A DNA stretch of 64,000 bases from an uncultured virus (IMG/VR IMGVR_UViG_3300020413_000001) (IMGVR_UViG_3300020413_000001); one strand, 5' to 3'; positions 37,825 to 45,983 are shown, numbered from the stretch's first letter. The notes: generated from the letters alone by a model not told the origin. Translations and numbers: made by a program.

Positions 37825-38442
37825 ATGTTAATAAAAGAAGCAAAAAAAATAATTATATCATTAAGCAAGCCTGACAAGATGCCTGGATATGCTTACGGCA
37901 TACCGGCGCCAGAATGCAAAACTGGCTCAAAGCTCAGGTTAATTCCTAACAGCGTCTGCGCTGGCTGTTATGCCATGAAGGGTAACTATATTAGATTTCC
38001 TGAAATTATGAAGGCGCAATATAAAAGACTGGCAGCGTTGCAGGACCCGCGCTGGGTAGATGCGATGGCCACTGTTATAAACTCACGAGCCGTGAGCAAA
38101 CATAAAGTTTTTAGATGGCACGACGCCGGCGACGTGCAAGACCTGGACCACCTGAACAAGATCTTCGAGGTGTGCAGGTTAACGCCGGGTATGCAGCACT
38201 GGATGCCAACGCGTGAAGCCTGGATAAGGGACCACCTTGAGCGATGTCCAAAAAATTTAATTATAAGATTATCAATGACAATGATTGACCAGGCAGCCGC
38301 TGGGAGCTGGCCGCATACGTCGACTGTTACCACGAAGCCAGGCGCTCGAACCTGTCCGGCCCCGGACCAGGGCGGCCAGTGTGGCAGCTGTAGACAGTGC
38401 TGGTCTCATGATGTAACTAATATCAGTTACGGTAAACACTAA
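37825..38442 (+). CDS. GP88-like phage protein (Cys-rich), 205 aa
   Basis: KMPG...C...C..CYA.KG.Y...FRWHDAGD...HWMPTRE...CPA..Q.GQCGSCRQCW...Y.KH. Confidence 0.7.
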   Translation: MLIKEAKKIIISLSKPDKMPGYAYGIPAPECKTGSKLRLIPNSVCAGCYAMKGNYIRFPEIMKAQYKRLAALQDPRWVDAMATVINSRAVSKHKVFRWHDAGDVQDLDHLNKIFEVCRLTPGMQHWMPTREAWIRDHLERCPKNLIIRLSMTMIDQAAAGSWPHTSTVTTKPGARTCPAPDQGGQCGSCRQCWSHDVTNISYGKH

Positions 38443-38505
38443 TGTTTAGATCCCCGAAGTATTATGCAGAGCTCAGGAAGAACGTCAGGCAGCAAGCTAG
38501 CAAGC

Positions 38506-38874
38506 TCACAAGCTCTCAAGCAAACGAACCGAGGGTTCGAGCCCGCAAGCCAAAGGCTCAAGCTTCAAGCCAGAGTCCACAAGCTCCAGGATCCTCGAGC
38601 CTGGGTACAAGCGAACCTTCCCCTTGTCCGGGGTACAAGCAACAAGGATAAATGTATTCAAATTATGTTTCATGTGAAACGCTATTTGGTGGGGTGAAAA
38701 GCGTATTTTATTAACTAATGTTAACTTTAACTCAACAGTGAAAAACCTGCCAGAATCATTATAACCCAATAGATCGGGAGTGCCCAATAAGCTACGGTTT
38801 TCCAGTCTTGTCCAACTAATTTTACTTTTAATTCCTTTAAGCTCACGCCATAAATCCTTTTCTAATTTAATCAA
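38506..38874 (-). CDS. VRR-NUC/PD-(D/E)XK nuclease (resolvase-like)
   Basis: RLEN...GTPDLLG...VELK...SPHQIAFH. Confidence 0.75.
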   Translation of the reverse strand: MIKLEKDLWRELKGIKSKISWTRLENRSLLGTPDLLGYNDSGRFFTVELKLTLVNKIRFSPHQIAFHMKHNLNTFILVACTPDKGKVRLYPGSRILELVDSGLKLEPLACGLEPSVRLLESL

Positions 38875-38891
38875 GTTAACGTACTCCTCGA

Positions 38892-39122
38892 TTACAATTT
38901 AGAAATGATCTTTCCCATCTTAATTTTGGGTGCAGCACAAGTTAAAACTAATCGATGTGTCTCTTGTTCTTTAATACCAATTATTTTATTTTCAAGAAGT
39001 TTCGCACCGGTAATGTCATAAAATTCTCCATTAGGTAATTCGATTTGAACTCTTGCGTTTTGGCATGTTGGAGACTTAAAAAACTTGTCTAATCCGTGTC
39101 TGAATGTCTTTCCGTCTATCAT
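38892..39122 (-). CDS. Hypothetical protein, 76 aa
   Basis: ORF track. Confidence 0.6.
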   Translation of the reverse strand: MIDGKTFRHGLDKFFKSPTCQNARVQIELPNGEFYDITGAKLLENKIIGIKEQETHRLVLTCAAPKIKMGKIISKL

Positions 39123-39167
39123 ATTTCTAGGGTTGTTTTATATCCCATATATTATATATTAGCAAGT

Positions 39168-39692
39168 ATGAGTCAAGAAATTGTCAAAAAGAAGGCAGCA
39201 TACCCAACTGAACTTACAGAAATGCAGAGAAGATTCTGTGAATATTTGATTATGAATGAGGGTAGAACTACCAGAACTGAAGCAGCTATACACGCTGGAT
39301 ACAGCCCAAAGTCTGCTACACAGGAAGCGGCAGGATTAATACAGAATCCAAAAATACAAAGATATCTACAACATAGATCTAATGAGATTAACAGAGCATT
39401 TACTGTTACAAAAAACAATTATGTTAGACGTCAACAAGTATTATCGCAGGCATTAGTAGAACAAGGTAAGATTAAAGATGCTGCACCATTTGAACAATTA
39501 ATTGGTAAAGCAACAGGACAATTTGTTGAGACTCATTTACATGGTAATTTAAGTGATATGGCTAAAGAAGAAAAGCTAGAAGAAATTAAAAGATTAAAAA
39601 CTTTACAAGAAGAAAGATTAAAACTAACTAATGAATCTTCGTTATCTTCTTCACCCAAGCCATCGGAATCATCGTCCGATCCCCAAAAGTAA
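39168..39692 (+). CDS. terS: Terminase small subunit
   Basis: LTEMQRRFCEY...TEAAIHAGYSPKSA...A..LIQNPKIQRYL HTH signature of the Terminase_2 family; start moved to MSQEIV. Confidence 0.78.
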   Translation: MSQEIVKKKAAYPTELTEMQRRFCEYLIMNEGRTTRTEAAIHAGYSPKSATQEAAGLIQNPKIQRYLQHRSNEINRAFTVTKNNYVRRQQVLSQALVEQGKIKDAAPFEQLIGKATGQFVETHLHGNLSDMAKEEKLEEIKRLKTLQEERLKLTNESSLSSSPKPSESSSDPQK

Positions 39693-39942
39693 AACCGTCT
39701 TCATCTTTATCGTAAGACGCAAATAACTTAATTGAGTTTTTATCTTTGGAATACAACCAACCTTCATTAATTGGTTTAGCAAATTTCATTCTATCAAACT
39801 CTTTATCAGAGGCCCAACCAGAATCGCTAACACAATCAATCCATTCAACTCTTACTCTAGAATAAGGAATGTCTGAACTGCTATCGTTGATAACTCTTTT
39901 TCTTTTCTTTTTGGGCATAGCTAACGTATACACCTCTCTCAA
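39628..39942 (-). CDS. Conserved phage hypothetical protein
   Basis: VEWIDC.SDSGW...GWL...IP..WVKKI. Confidence 0.65.
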   Translation of the reverse strand: MREVYTLAMPKKKRKRVINDSSSDIPYSRVRVEWIDCVSDSGWASDKEFDRMKFAKPINEGWLYSKDKNSIKLFASYDKDEDGFTFGDRTMIPMAWVKKITKIH

Positions 39943-40212
39943 TGATTTTTAAATTTAAAAATGCAAATCATATGCGCGCGTCCCTTATTTTGTTGGTATT
40001 GCTTGCTTATTTGATCATTTTAGTAAAATTGTATCTTTTGTAACCAATTGTATCCTGCTCTAGGATACAAATTTGAGCGAATAAGTGTTGGTATACAACA
40101 ATTCTAGAATTTGTACCAATTGTAACCACTTTTAAAAAAAATTTTTTTTATTTTTTGTTTTTGTTTTGAAAAGGGTATACAAAGGGTACAAATGAAATTA
40201 GCCTATGATTTA

Positions 40213-40938
40213 CTACACTTTTTGATCATTTTTTGTATCCTGAGCCTCTTTTGCCTGGGTACAATTTTGATGATATTGGTCTACTTTCTTCAAGAATGCG
40301 TGTTGATAGCGTACGAATTCACGTCCAGACACCTCAAACTTCTGAAACATAAAATCTTTGGTGCACATTAGAATGATTCCAGACTGTATTTTGGTACCAT
40401 AAACATAGTTATGGGCCATGCAATATGCCCCCAGCTGCTCAAAGTAGTCTTCAATCCATTCACGTCTCTTTGGTTTATTTGATTGCTTGAAGTCTATGAT
40501 AGCCGGCTGGCCATCGAAGATTCCTACAACGTCAGTTGCTCCTGCATACAACCCAGGATAGTATAACGTCACCTCTTGGCCCCATACCTCTTCCAGGTCC
40601 CTGAGCCCTGATTCTATAATCTTGTGTGCCATAGTCTCGGCCTGTACACCCAGCGGTGTAAGGTCCTTGTGCCCCGAGCCGTCAATGTGTGCTTCTAGGA
40701 AGCGGTGCATTGCCGTGCCACGCTCGGCTGCCAAGTCTCGCTGTACGTCCGCAGTCTTCGGACCAAGGCGCTGTCTCCATGCTTCAAGAGACGCTTTCTT
40801 CTCGTCCGACTGGCATGCGGAAAGAATCGTCGTTACCGACGGAAGCTTTTCTTCGCGAATGTCATAGTGTCGTTTACCACCAACCAATGTACGCATTGAT
40901 CGTGGGTAGTCGTATAATCTGTTAAACTTAAAAGCCAT
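40213..40938 (-). CDS. PD-(D/E)XK exonuclease (MGME1/Cas4-like phage exonuclease)
   Basis: LPSVTTIL...RGTAMH...YAGATD...IIDFKQS.KPK...YFEQL.AY. Confidence 0.85.
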   Translation of the reverse strand: MAFKFNRLYDYPRSMRTLVGGKRHYDIREEKLPSVTTILSACQSDEKKASLEAWRQRLGPKTADVQRDLAAERGTAMHRFLEAHIDGSGHKDLTPLGVQAETMAHKIIESGLRDLEEVWGQEVTLYYPGLYAGATDVVGIFDGQPAIIDFKQSNKPKRREWIEDYFEQLGAYCMAHNYVYGTKIQSGIILMCTKDFMFQKFEVSGREFVRYQHAFLKKVDQYHQNCTQAKEAQDTKNDQKV

Positions 40939-41137
40939 TTCGATCGTCTATCTCTTTTAATTCTTTTTCTCTTTCTTTTTTATTCTTCTTAGATTGTTTA
41001 TAAGACTCATCTAATTCATCGTATTCTTTTTTAAAAGGGTCTTCTACTTTTTTAAATATTTCATTAAAGTTTTTACGATACAAATCGGTGGAAACCCTTG
41101 ATTTTCCATCCCATTTTTTACCTTTGTCCTTACTCAT
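40928..41137 (-). CDS. Hypothetical protein, 69 aa
   Basis: WDGKSR...YRKNFNEIF. Confidence 0.6.
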   Translation of the reverse strand: MSKDKGKKWDGKSRVSTDLYRKNFNEIFKKVEDPFKKEYDELDESYKQSKKNKKEREKELKEIDDRNGF

Positions 41138-41313
41138 AGTTTACGCTTTAACTCCTCTAAGTATTCATGGTTCTCTTGATTTCTAATTAAATTTTCCATG
41201 TCTTTACTTTGTTTAGCTCTTAATATTTTAGTGTGTTCTCTCCAGGCCCAGGCATTTAATTTACCTGTCCAACCCATGATCCACAAATATATTTTAAATT
41301 TTATTTCATCCAT
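41134..41313 (-). CDS. Small hypothetical protein, 59 aa (MDEIKFKIYLW...)
   Basis: Translated by hand; stop overlaps the next start. Confidence 0.5.
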   Translation of the reverse strand: MDEIKFKIYLWIMGWTGKLNAWAWREHTKILRAKQSKDMENLIRNQENHEYLEELKRKL

Positions 41314-41657
41314 GTTTTATACCAATCAATATTAACTACATTATTTTTTTTATATTTACCTTTACGAGGAGCATGGTCTAACACTTCTCTTGTATCTAGA
41401 TTAACATACACTAACTCAATACCTAATCGAGTCTGTTCTTCATTAGGTGTACGATTAACTTTCCAACCATTTTTCTCACGCAATGATACAGCTTTTACAT
41501 CTACTAACATAATATAACCATCATGATCTAACACGGCCATGTCTGCGGGTCCGTGTTGTGATATGTTATTAAACACATAAAAACCTTTCTTAATAAAAAA
41601 CTCCTGAGCAATTAACTCTGCTTGATCGCCTTTGATATGTTTTTTATTTCTGGGCAT
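41301..41657 (-). CDS. PD-(D/E)XK endonuclease (Holliday-junction-resolvase-like)
   Basis: KGDQAE...G..VF.N...GPADM...VDVK. Confidence 0.7.
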   Translation of the reverse strand: MPRNKKHIKGDQAELIAQEFFIKKGFYVFNNISQHGPADMAVLDHDGYIMLVDVKAVSLREKNGWKVNRTPNEEQTRLGIELVYVNLDTREVLDHAPRKGKYKKNNVVNIDWYKTWMK

Positions 41658-42303
41658 TAGACATATTTTCTTTTGTATAATGCTTAATTTTATTTAAATC
41701 CAATGAATTAGATACATTACCAGATACAGATACTCTAGTTACATCAGAATAAAACGGTGCAACATAATGTTTTACCCATGATGGAAATATAAACATATCA
41801 CCATTTGTAGGATGCACACCTTGATAAGTAATAGCTTGTCTATTACCTTCACCATATAAAAACATAAGACTACCTGGGCCACCAGATTGTCCTTGATATT
41901 CTTTTTGTTCTTTCTGAATCTCTTCTGGTATATCTAAAAATATAACAAAAGATAAATTATCAGAATGGTCATGTGGTGGATTAAACTCATTCTTTTTCAT
42001 AAAGTTAACCCATAAAGAATTTAAAAGATACTCTGGTTTTTGTTCATAAGGTTTATTTTTAAACTTTTGAAACGCTTGATCGTATACTCCAAGACATTGA
42101 GATACTTCTGGTAAGAATATTTCTTTTTGTCTGTAAGCGTATTCTTCCTTAATAACTCCTGCTAATTTTGTATTAAATTTTAACTCTTCTTTTCTACTCT
42201 CTTCAGCTTCACTTAAAAGTTTTTTTCTAAAATCTTCTGATATTTTTAGTTGGACAATACAAGGTCCCCAACTAAAAACACCATACTTTATATCATTACT
42301 CAT
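41644..42303 (-). CDS. Putative 2OG-Fe(II) oxygenase
   Basis: WVNFMKKNEFNPPHDH...LSFVIFL...IFPSWVKHYVAPF...RVSVSGN. Confidence 0.82.
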   Translation of the reverse strand: MSNDIKYGVFSWGPCIVQLKISEDFRKKLLSEAEESRKEELKFNTKLAGVIKEEYAYRQKEIFLPEVSQCLGVYDQAFQKFKNKPYEQKPEYLLNSLWVNFMKKNEFNPPHDHSDNLSFVIFLDIPEEIQKEQKEYQGQSGGPGSLMFLYGEGNRQAITYQGVHPTNGDMFIFPSWVKHYVAPFYSDVTRVSVSGNVSNSLDLNKIKHYTKENMSNAQK

Positions 42304-42557
42304 TTATCACCTAACATTGTTCTAAGGTTTGTGTTCTCTTCAGACAATCTATCTATTTCTTTTTTTAATCCTTTGATTGTTTTCTCTTGATTAAAAATAG
42401 CACCGCCTGCTTTTCTGCATTGGTTTTGTAAAAAGATTTTTTGTTTTTGTAATGCCTCGTTCTCATTCTTGTATTTTTTTACCTCAGCATACAAAGCAAC
42501 TTTTTCTTCTTGAAGTTTTTCTATTTCTTCTAGATTTTCCATTCCTTCATTACTCAT
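42300..42557 (-). CDS. Coiled-coil hypothetical protein, 85 aa
   Basis: ORF track; heptad pattern. Confidence 0.6.
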   Translation of the reverse strand: MSNEGMENLEEIEKLQEEKVALYAEVKKYKNENEALQKQKIFLQNQCRKAGGAIFNQEKTIKGLKKEIDRLSEENTNLRTMLGDK

Positions 42558-42622
42558 TTTCTCCTCCTTTCATAATCCAACGCAAAGCAGATGTTGTAGG
42601 GTCAAACCCATCAAAATCATAC

Positions 42623-42817
42623 TTACTGCAACCTGTGGATGCCATCAGAATCAATAATAATATCATCAGCTTGACTCGCATCTATTTCTCCTTCCGAGTC
42701 ACAGACACCACATTGTGCTGTAACTTCTTCTTTAGCTAGTCTGTAAGGTATTCTTACATAACCGTTGCCCTTACATGTTGGACATATTATCTTATTTTTT
42801 TTCTTTGACTTTTCCAT
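42623..42817 (-). CDS. DnaJ-type zinc-finger protein, 64 aa
   Basis: CPTCKGNG...CGVCDSEG. Confidence 0.7.
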   Translation of the reverse strand: MEKSKKKNKIICPTCKGNGYVRIPYRLAKEEVTAQCGVCDSEGEIDASQADDIIIDSDGIHRLQ

Positions 42818-42968
42818 TCAGTTTCCTCGCTTTCTCATTTACTAAAATACTTATAGTTTGTGATCTACTTAGCACTGTGTCTGGTTGTATTACTTTTCTT
42901 ATCTTATCAATTAGGTCATAGGTCTTATGACTTAATGATACATTTTTGTACTTTGTTATATCAGTCAT
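42792..42968 (-). CDS. Putative ribbon-helix-helix DNA-binding protein, 58 aa
   Basis: Translated by hand: MTDITKYKNVSLSHKTYDLIDKIRK...LSRSQTISILV; AAAGGAG SD. Confidence 0.55.
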   Translation of the reverse strand: MTDITKYKNVSLSHKTYDLIDKIRKVIQPDTVLSRSQTISILVNEKARKLNGKVKEKK

Positions 42969-43033
42969 TGTGATACACTCCTTTCTTTAGATTTATCATA
43001 TAGGATTTATCTTATAATTTACAATAGATGTCA

Positions 43034-43246
43034 ATGAAAATATTATTATCTTTAATACTTTGTTCTGGTGTAGCTGGTGAATGTATGCCTGCATACGAAT
43101 GGCCAACAAGATTCCCAGATATGTATGAGTGTATGCTTGCAGGCTATGAACAATCAACAGCAAAAATGTTAGAAATTGGTAGAGTTGAAGTTAATCAATT
43201 TGATATGTATGTTAAATTTACTTGTGGCCCAATAGAAACTATTTAA
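43034..43246 (+). CDS. Small exported/membrane Cys-containing protein
   Basis: Signal-like MKILLSLILCS; four Cys; lone plus-strand gene. Confidence 0.6.
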   Translation: MKILLSLILCSGVAGECMPAYEWPTRFPDMYECMLAGYEQSTAKMLEIGRVEVNQFDMYVKFTCGPIETI

Positions 43247-43257
43247 TTCATATAAAA

Positions 43258-43380
43258 CCCTGTAATTTCCGTGCACGTACTTTTACAGGGCCAAAGGCTC
43301 CACACCTCCACGGTACTTGCCGCTTCAAAGGTTGCCGTACAGGGAATAGCGCAAGGCGTTATATGGACGGAGGTCCTTTT
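43258..43380 (+). ncRNA. Candidate structured RNA
   Basis: GC-rich intergenic stretch with four nested or adjacent helices; G-U pairs favour the + strand. Confidence 0.35.
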
Positions 43381-43394
43381 CATACTCTTAAATT

Positions 43395-43607
43395 TTATTT
43401 ACATATACAACCAACTAGACTACCGCTGCCATCTTTCATGATGTGCAGGTTTAACGTGTCAACGTAGCCTGTTAGTTTTAATCTTAGTATCTCGCACAGG
43501 TCCATGCAGTTCACTTCTCCCAACAAAGACATATGTTCCGTCATTTGCTTTGTGACAGGAATTAATTGATACAATCCGTCGTTTAATATGATGAGGTCCA
43601 TTTGCAC
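43395..43607 (-). CDS. Hypothetical protein, 70 aa
   Basis: ORF track; AAGGAG SD; overlaps the 43459..43710 ORF. Confidence 0.5.
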   Translation of the reverse strand: MQMDLIILNDGLYQLIPVTKQMTEHMSLLGEVNCMDLCEILRLKLTGYVDTLNLHIMKDGSGSLVGCICK

Positions 43608-43710
43608 TCTCCTTTACTAATTTATACCAAAGATCTTTGTAGTATGGATCTTTAGTTTTGTTATACATAATTGCTGCATCATCTATTTTCTTTTGCATCT
43701 TCACCTCCAA
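43459..43710 (-). CDS. Hypothetical protein
   Basis: YNKTKDPYYKDLWYKLVKE. Confidence 0.5.
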   Translation of the reverse strand: MEVKMQKKIDDAAIMYNKTKDPYYKDLWYKLVKESANGPHHIKRRIVSINSCHKANDGTYVFVGRSELHGPVRDTKIKTNRLR

Positions 43711-43867
43711 CTCTAGTACCGAAGGCTATAATTTTCTTGATCCCCGGTCCCTGTAGCTCTAACTTTGCATAAGGTGCCCAAGATTTTTTAATCAAGTTCA
43801 TTTCTAATACAAGATTAGACCATTGCTTTTGACTAATGTCTTTACTTGTTATTGTCATTTTTTTCAT
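43679..43867 (-). CDS. Hypothetical protein, 62 aa
   Basis: AAAGGA SD; downstream of a promoter. Confidence 0.6.
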   Translation of the reverse strand: MKKMTITSKDISQKQWSNLVLEMNLIKKSWAPYAKLELQGPGIKKIIAFGTRVGGEDAKENR

Positions 43868-43887
43868 AATAATCCTTTCTATAATTC

Positions 43888-43916
43888 TATATAGTATCTT
43901 ATGGGATGTTTGTCAA
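43888..43916 (-). promoter_or_regulatory. Sigma70-type promoter
   Basis: TTGACA-17 nt-TATATA on the minus strand. Confidence 0.7.
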
Positions 43917-44047
43917 CCCTGGCCTTTGTATCTTGTCTGTTTTTTCTGACGTTTTTCGTGTTTATTTTGATTTTTTTTATGCTGCCTAGGTCCTCTTTTA
44001 GGTGGCTTATCTCTAGGTGTGAAGAATTTAAAACTTACTCTAGCCAT
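43913..44047 (-). CDS. Small basic protein, 44 aa (ends RYKGQG)
   Basis: Translated by hand: MARVSFKFFTPRDKPPKRGPRQHKK... Confidence 0.55.
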   Translation of the reverse strand: MARVSFKFFTPRDKPPKRGPRQHKKNQNKHEKRQKKQTRYKGQG

Positions 44048-44253
44048 TCTTTTACAAACAATTTACCATCTTTACGTGATGTAAGCACAGGTAAATAACT
44101 TATCTTACCATTAACATGTTGCTCTAAATCTGTTCCACAATTCATACATCTATAAAAAGCTTTATCCAGTCCTACTAACGTTGTAAGTTCACTACACGTT
44201 GGACACATGCCATTAACTATTTCTGCTGTTACTTTGAAATTTTTTTCTGTCAT
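44035..44253 (-). CDS. Zinc-ribbon protein, 72 aa
   Basis: CPTC...CMNC. Confidence 0.65.
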   Translation of the reverse strand: MTEKNFKVTAEIVNGMCPTCSELTTLVGLDKAFYRCMNCGTDLEQHVNGKISYLPVLTSRKDGKLFVKEWLE

Positions 44254-44337
44254 ATGCTTTCTTATTCTTTACCACTTTTTGTTTAAAATGTCTAAGCTGT
44301 TTTGCAACAGGATTTCTTTTCTTGTTTGCTTTCTTCA

Positions 44338-44556
44338 TTACTCTAGTATAAGCTTCTTGATCGATAAACTTCCATCAATATTCGACTCTAATTCTGCCAT
44401 AGATTTTATGCATTGATACTTGACATGTCCATCAGGTTTTGTTCCACGTTTTGCAATTCTTTTGCCTTTTAAACACTCGGACATTGATGGCTGTATACGA
44501 GCTTCTTTAATCTCTCCTTGAACAATCATAAGTAGGGCTACCACTAACTCTGTCAT
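44338..44556 (-). CDS. Small exported/membrane protein with Cys pair, 72 aa
   Basis: Hydrophobic N-terminus; SECLKGKR...YQC. Confidence 0.55.
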   Translation of the reverse strand: MTELVVALLMIVQGEIKEARIQPSMSECLKGKRIAKRGTKPDGHVKYQCIKSMAELESNIDGSLSIKKLILE

Positions 44557-44952
44557 TTAATACTCTTTTCCATTTTCTCTTACCTTATCTTTTAATCCTT
44601 CGATATCAGCTAGTGCTTTATCTAACTGTTCTCTTAAAAATTGTATATTAACTTTGTTAGTCATGTTCATCTCTTGAGTCTGTTCCATTTTTTCCACAGT
44701 CTTATAAAGATCCTCGATTAAAAATATCTGCTCCTGATCGACGGGGACCTGTTCACTTTTTTTAAGCAAATCATTTTGAAATAGCTCACGTGACGTCTCC
44801 AACGATACCAGCCTGGCCGTTAGCTCGGTGTATGCGAACACGCCGGCTGCGACGAGTAAAATTAGCGATGCTACCGTTTTCATCGGCATTTGCACTGCAG
44901 CGGATTCTGATATGTTAAGTGGTTTATTTGCCATTGTTTGTTTCGTTTTCAA
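44557..44952 (-). CDS. Membrane-anchored coiled-coil protein
   Basis: One transmembrane segment, then heptads. Confidence 0.6.
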   Translation of the reverse strand: MKTKQTMANKPLNISESAAVQMPMKTVASLILLVAAGVFAYTELTARLVSLETSRELFQNDLLKKSEQVPVDQEQIFLIEDLYKTVEKMEQTQEMNMTNKVNIQFLREQLDKALADIEGLKDKVRENGKEY

Positions 44953-45109
44953 AACTTATATCTGTGCCATGATCTTTTTCATGTTTATAAGTTCTTTTAG
45001 AATTCTTTTTCTTTTTACATTGACATCTTGGTCCTGCTAGTGCGTTAGCAACAGCTTCACATAGACGGTCTAGGCCGCCAAAGAATGCATATAAAAATTT
45101 ATCAATCAT
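44924..45109 (-). CDS. Hypothetical protein, 61 aa
   Basis: ORF track. Confidence 0.5.
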   Translation of the reverse strand: MIDKFLYAFFGGLDRLCEAVANALAGPRCQCKKKKNSKRTYKHEKDHGTDISFENETNNGK

Positions 45110-45680
45110 CTTTTGGTTTTGGTAAAGGTAGTATCACATTTTCATCTTCAGTTAAATACTTAGGTATAACAAGTTTCTTTTTACTGGGTTTTATAAACTT
45201 ATCACCCATTAAAGTAAGGTCAGGGTTCTCTTTTTTATAGTCATCTTTCATATCATCCCACAAACTTTGAGAATCAGAGGGTCTAGTGTTATCTCTTGCA
45301 GGAGTAACCCCTCTACATTTAGATACTAATAAATTAAAATTAGAATTGTTTGCAAGACTTGGATTACTATTAACCCTACCACACATTTTCATTAACTCTA
45401 ATTGTTGTTTGATTGCTACGTTTTCTTTTGCTGTTTTACAGTCTGTGCCTAAATATTTTCTGTAGGTAAATCTTAAATACTGTTGTTCGTTTGTACTACT
45501 ATCACTATAATTATAATCAGTATCTCTTCTTTCTGTGCTTACTTCCATTTCACCACATCTTACACCATAGTCGTTAAGGTATTCGTTTCTAGGATACGCA
45601 GGTTCCACAAACAATGCTAGGATTGTTAGAGCTAAGATAAGTATCCCTGTAAAATAATAATTCATCCTGAGAACCTCCAT
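45102..45680 (-). CDS. Exported/membrane protein, about 190 aa
   Basis: Signal-like N-terminus; four Cys. Confidence 0.6.
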   Translation of the reverse strand: MEVLRMNYYFTGILILALTILALFVEPAYPRNEYLNDYGVRCGEMEVSTERRDTDYNYSDSSTNEQQYLRFTYRKYLGTDCKTAKENVAIKQQLELMKMCGRVNSNPSLANNSNFNLLVSKCRGVTPARDNTRPSDSQSLWDDMKDDYKKENPDLTLMGDKFIKPSKKKLVIPKYLTEDENVILPLPKPKDD

Positions 45681-45683
45681 ACA

Positions 45684-45983
45684 TTACCTGTTTAAATCCT
45701 TAATATCATAGTCGTGTTCTCTAACTTGGTCTGCTAGTTGTCTGTATAAATTTTCTGCCATCTGCCACGTAGATTCTGCAGAAGTTAATCTTGTATTTTG
45801 ATCTACAATTTTATCTTCTGCAACTTTTAAATCTCGTTTAAGATCTACAATTTGTTGTTGATTTGAATTGATTGTGTCTGTTAAATTTACAATGTACCTA
45901 ACGCCTGTGAACGTTCCGACTAGCACTGAAGCTACCACCGGTACCATAACTATATTTTTCTTTAATAGATCTGCTAAGTTCAT
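45684..45983 (-). CDS. Membrane-anchored coiled-coil protein, 99 aa
   Basis: N-terminal transmembrane segment plus heptads. Confidence 0.6.
   Translation of the reverse strand: MNLADLLKKNIVMVPVVASVLVGTFTGVRYIVNLTDTINSNQQQIVDLKRDLKVAEDKIVDQNTRLTSAESTWQMAENLYRQLADQVREHDYDIKDLNR

Noticed and set aside
38525..38548. GGTTCGAGCCC as a tRNA T-arm
   Set aside because: No acceptor, D or anticodon arms; it lies in the CAAGC array and a coding region
40213..40938. Exonuclease as evidence of a CRISPR-Cas4 system
   Set aside because: Stand-alone phage PD-(D/E)XK exonuclease without the Cas4 four-Cys cluster; no array
43222..43467. 81-aa plus-strand ORF
   Set aside because: No SD or motifs, overlaps a convergent gene, and the region is better explained by RNA structure
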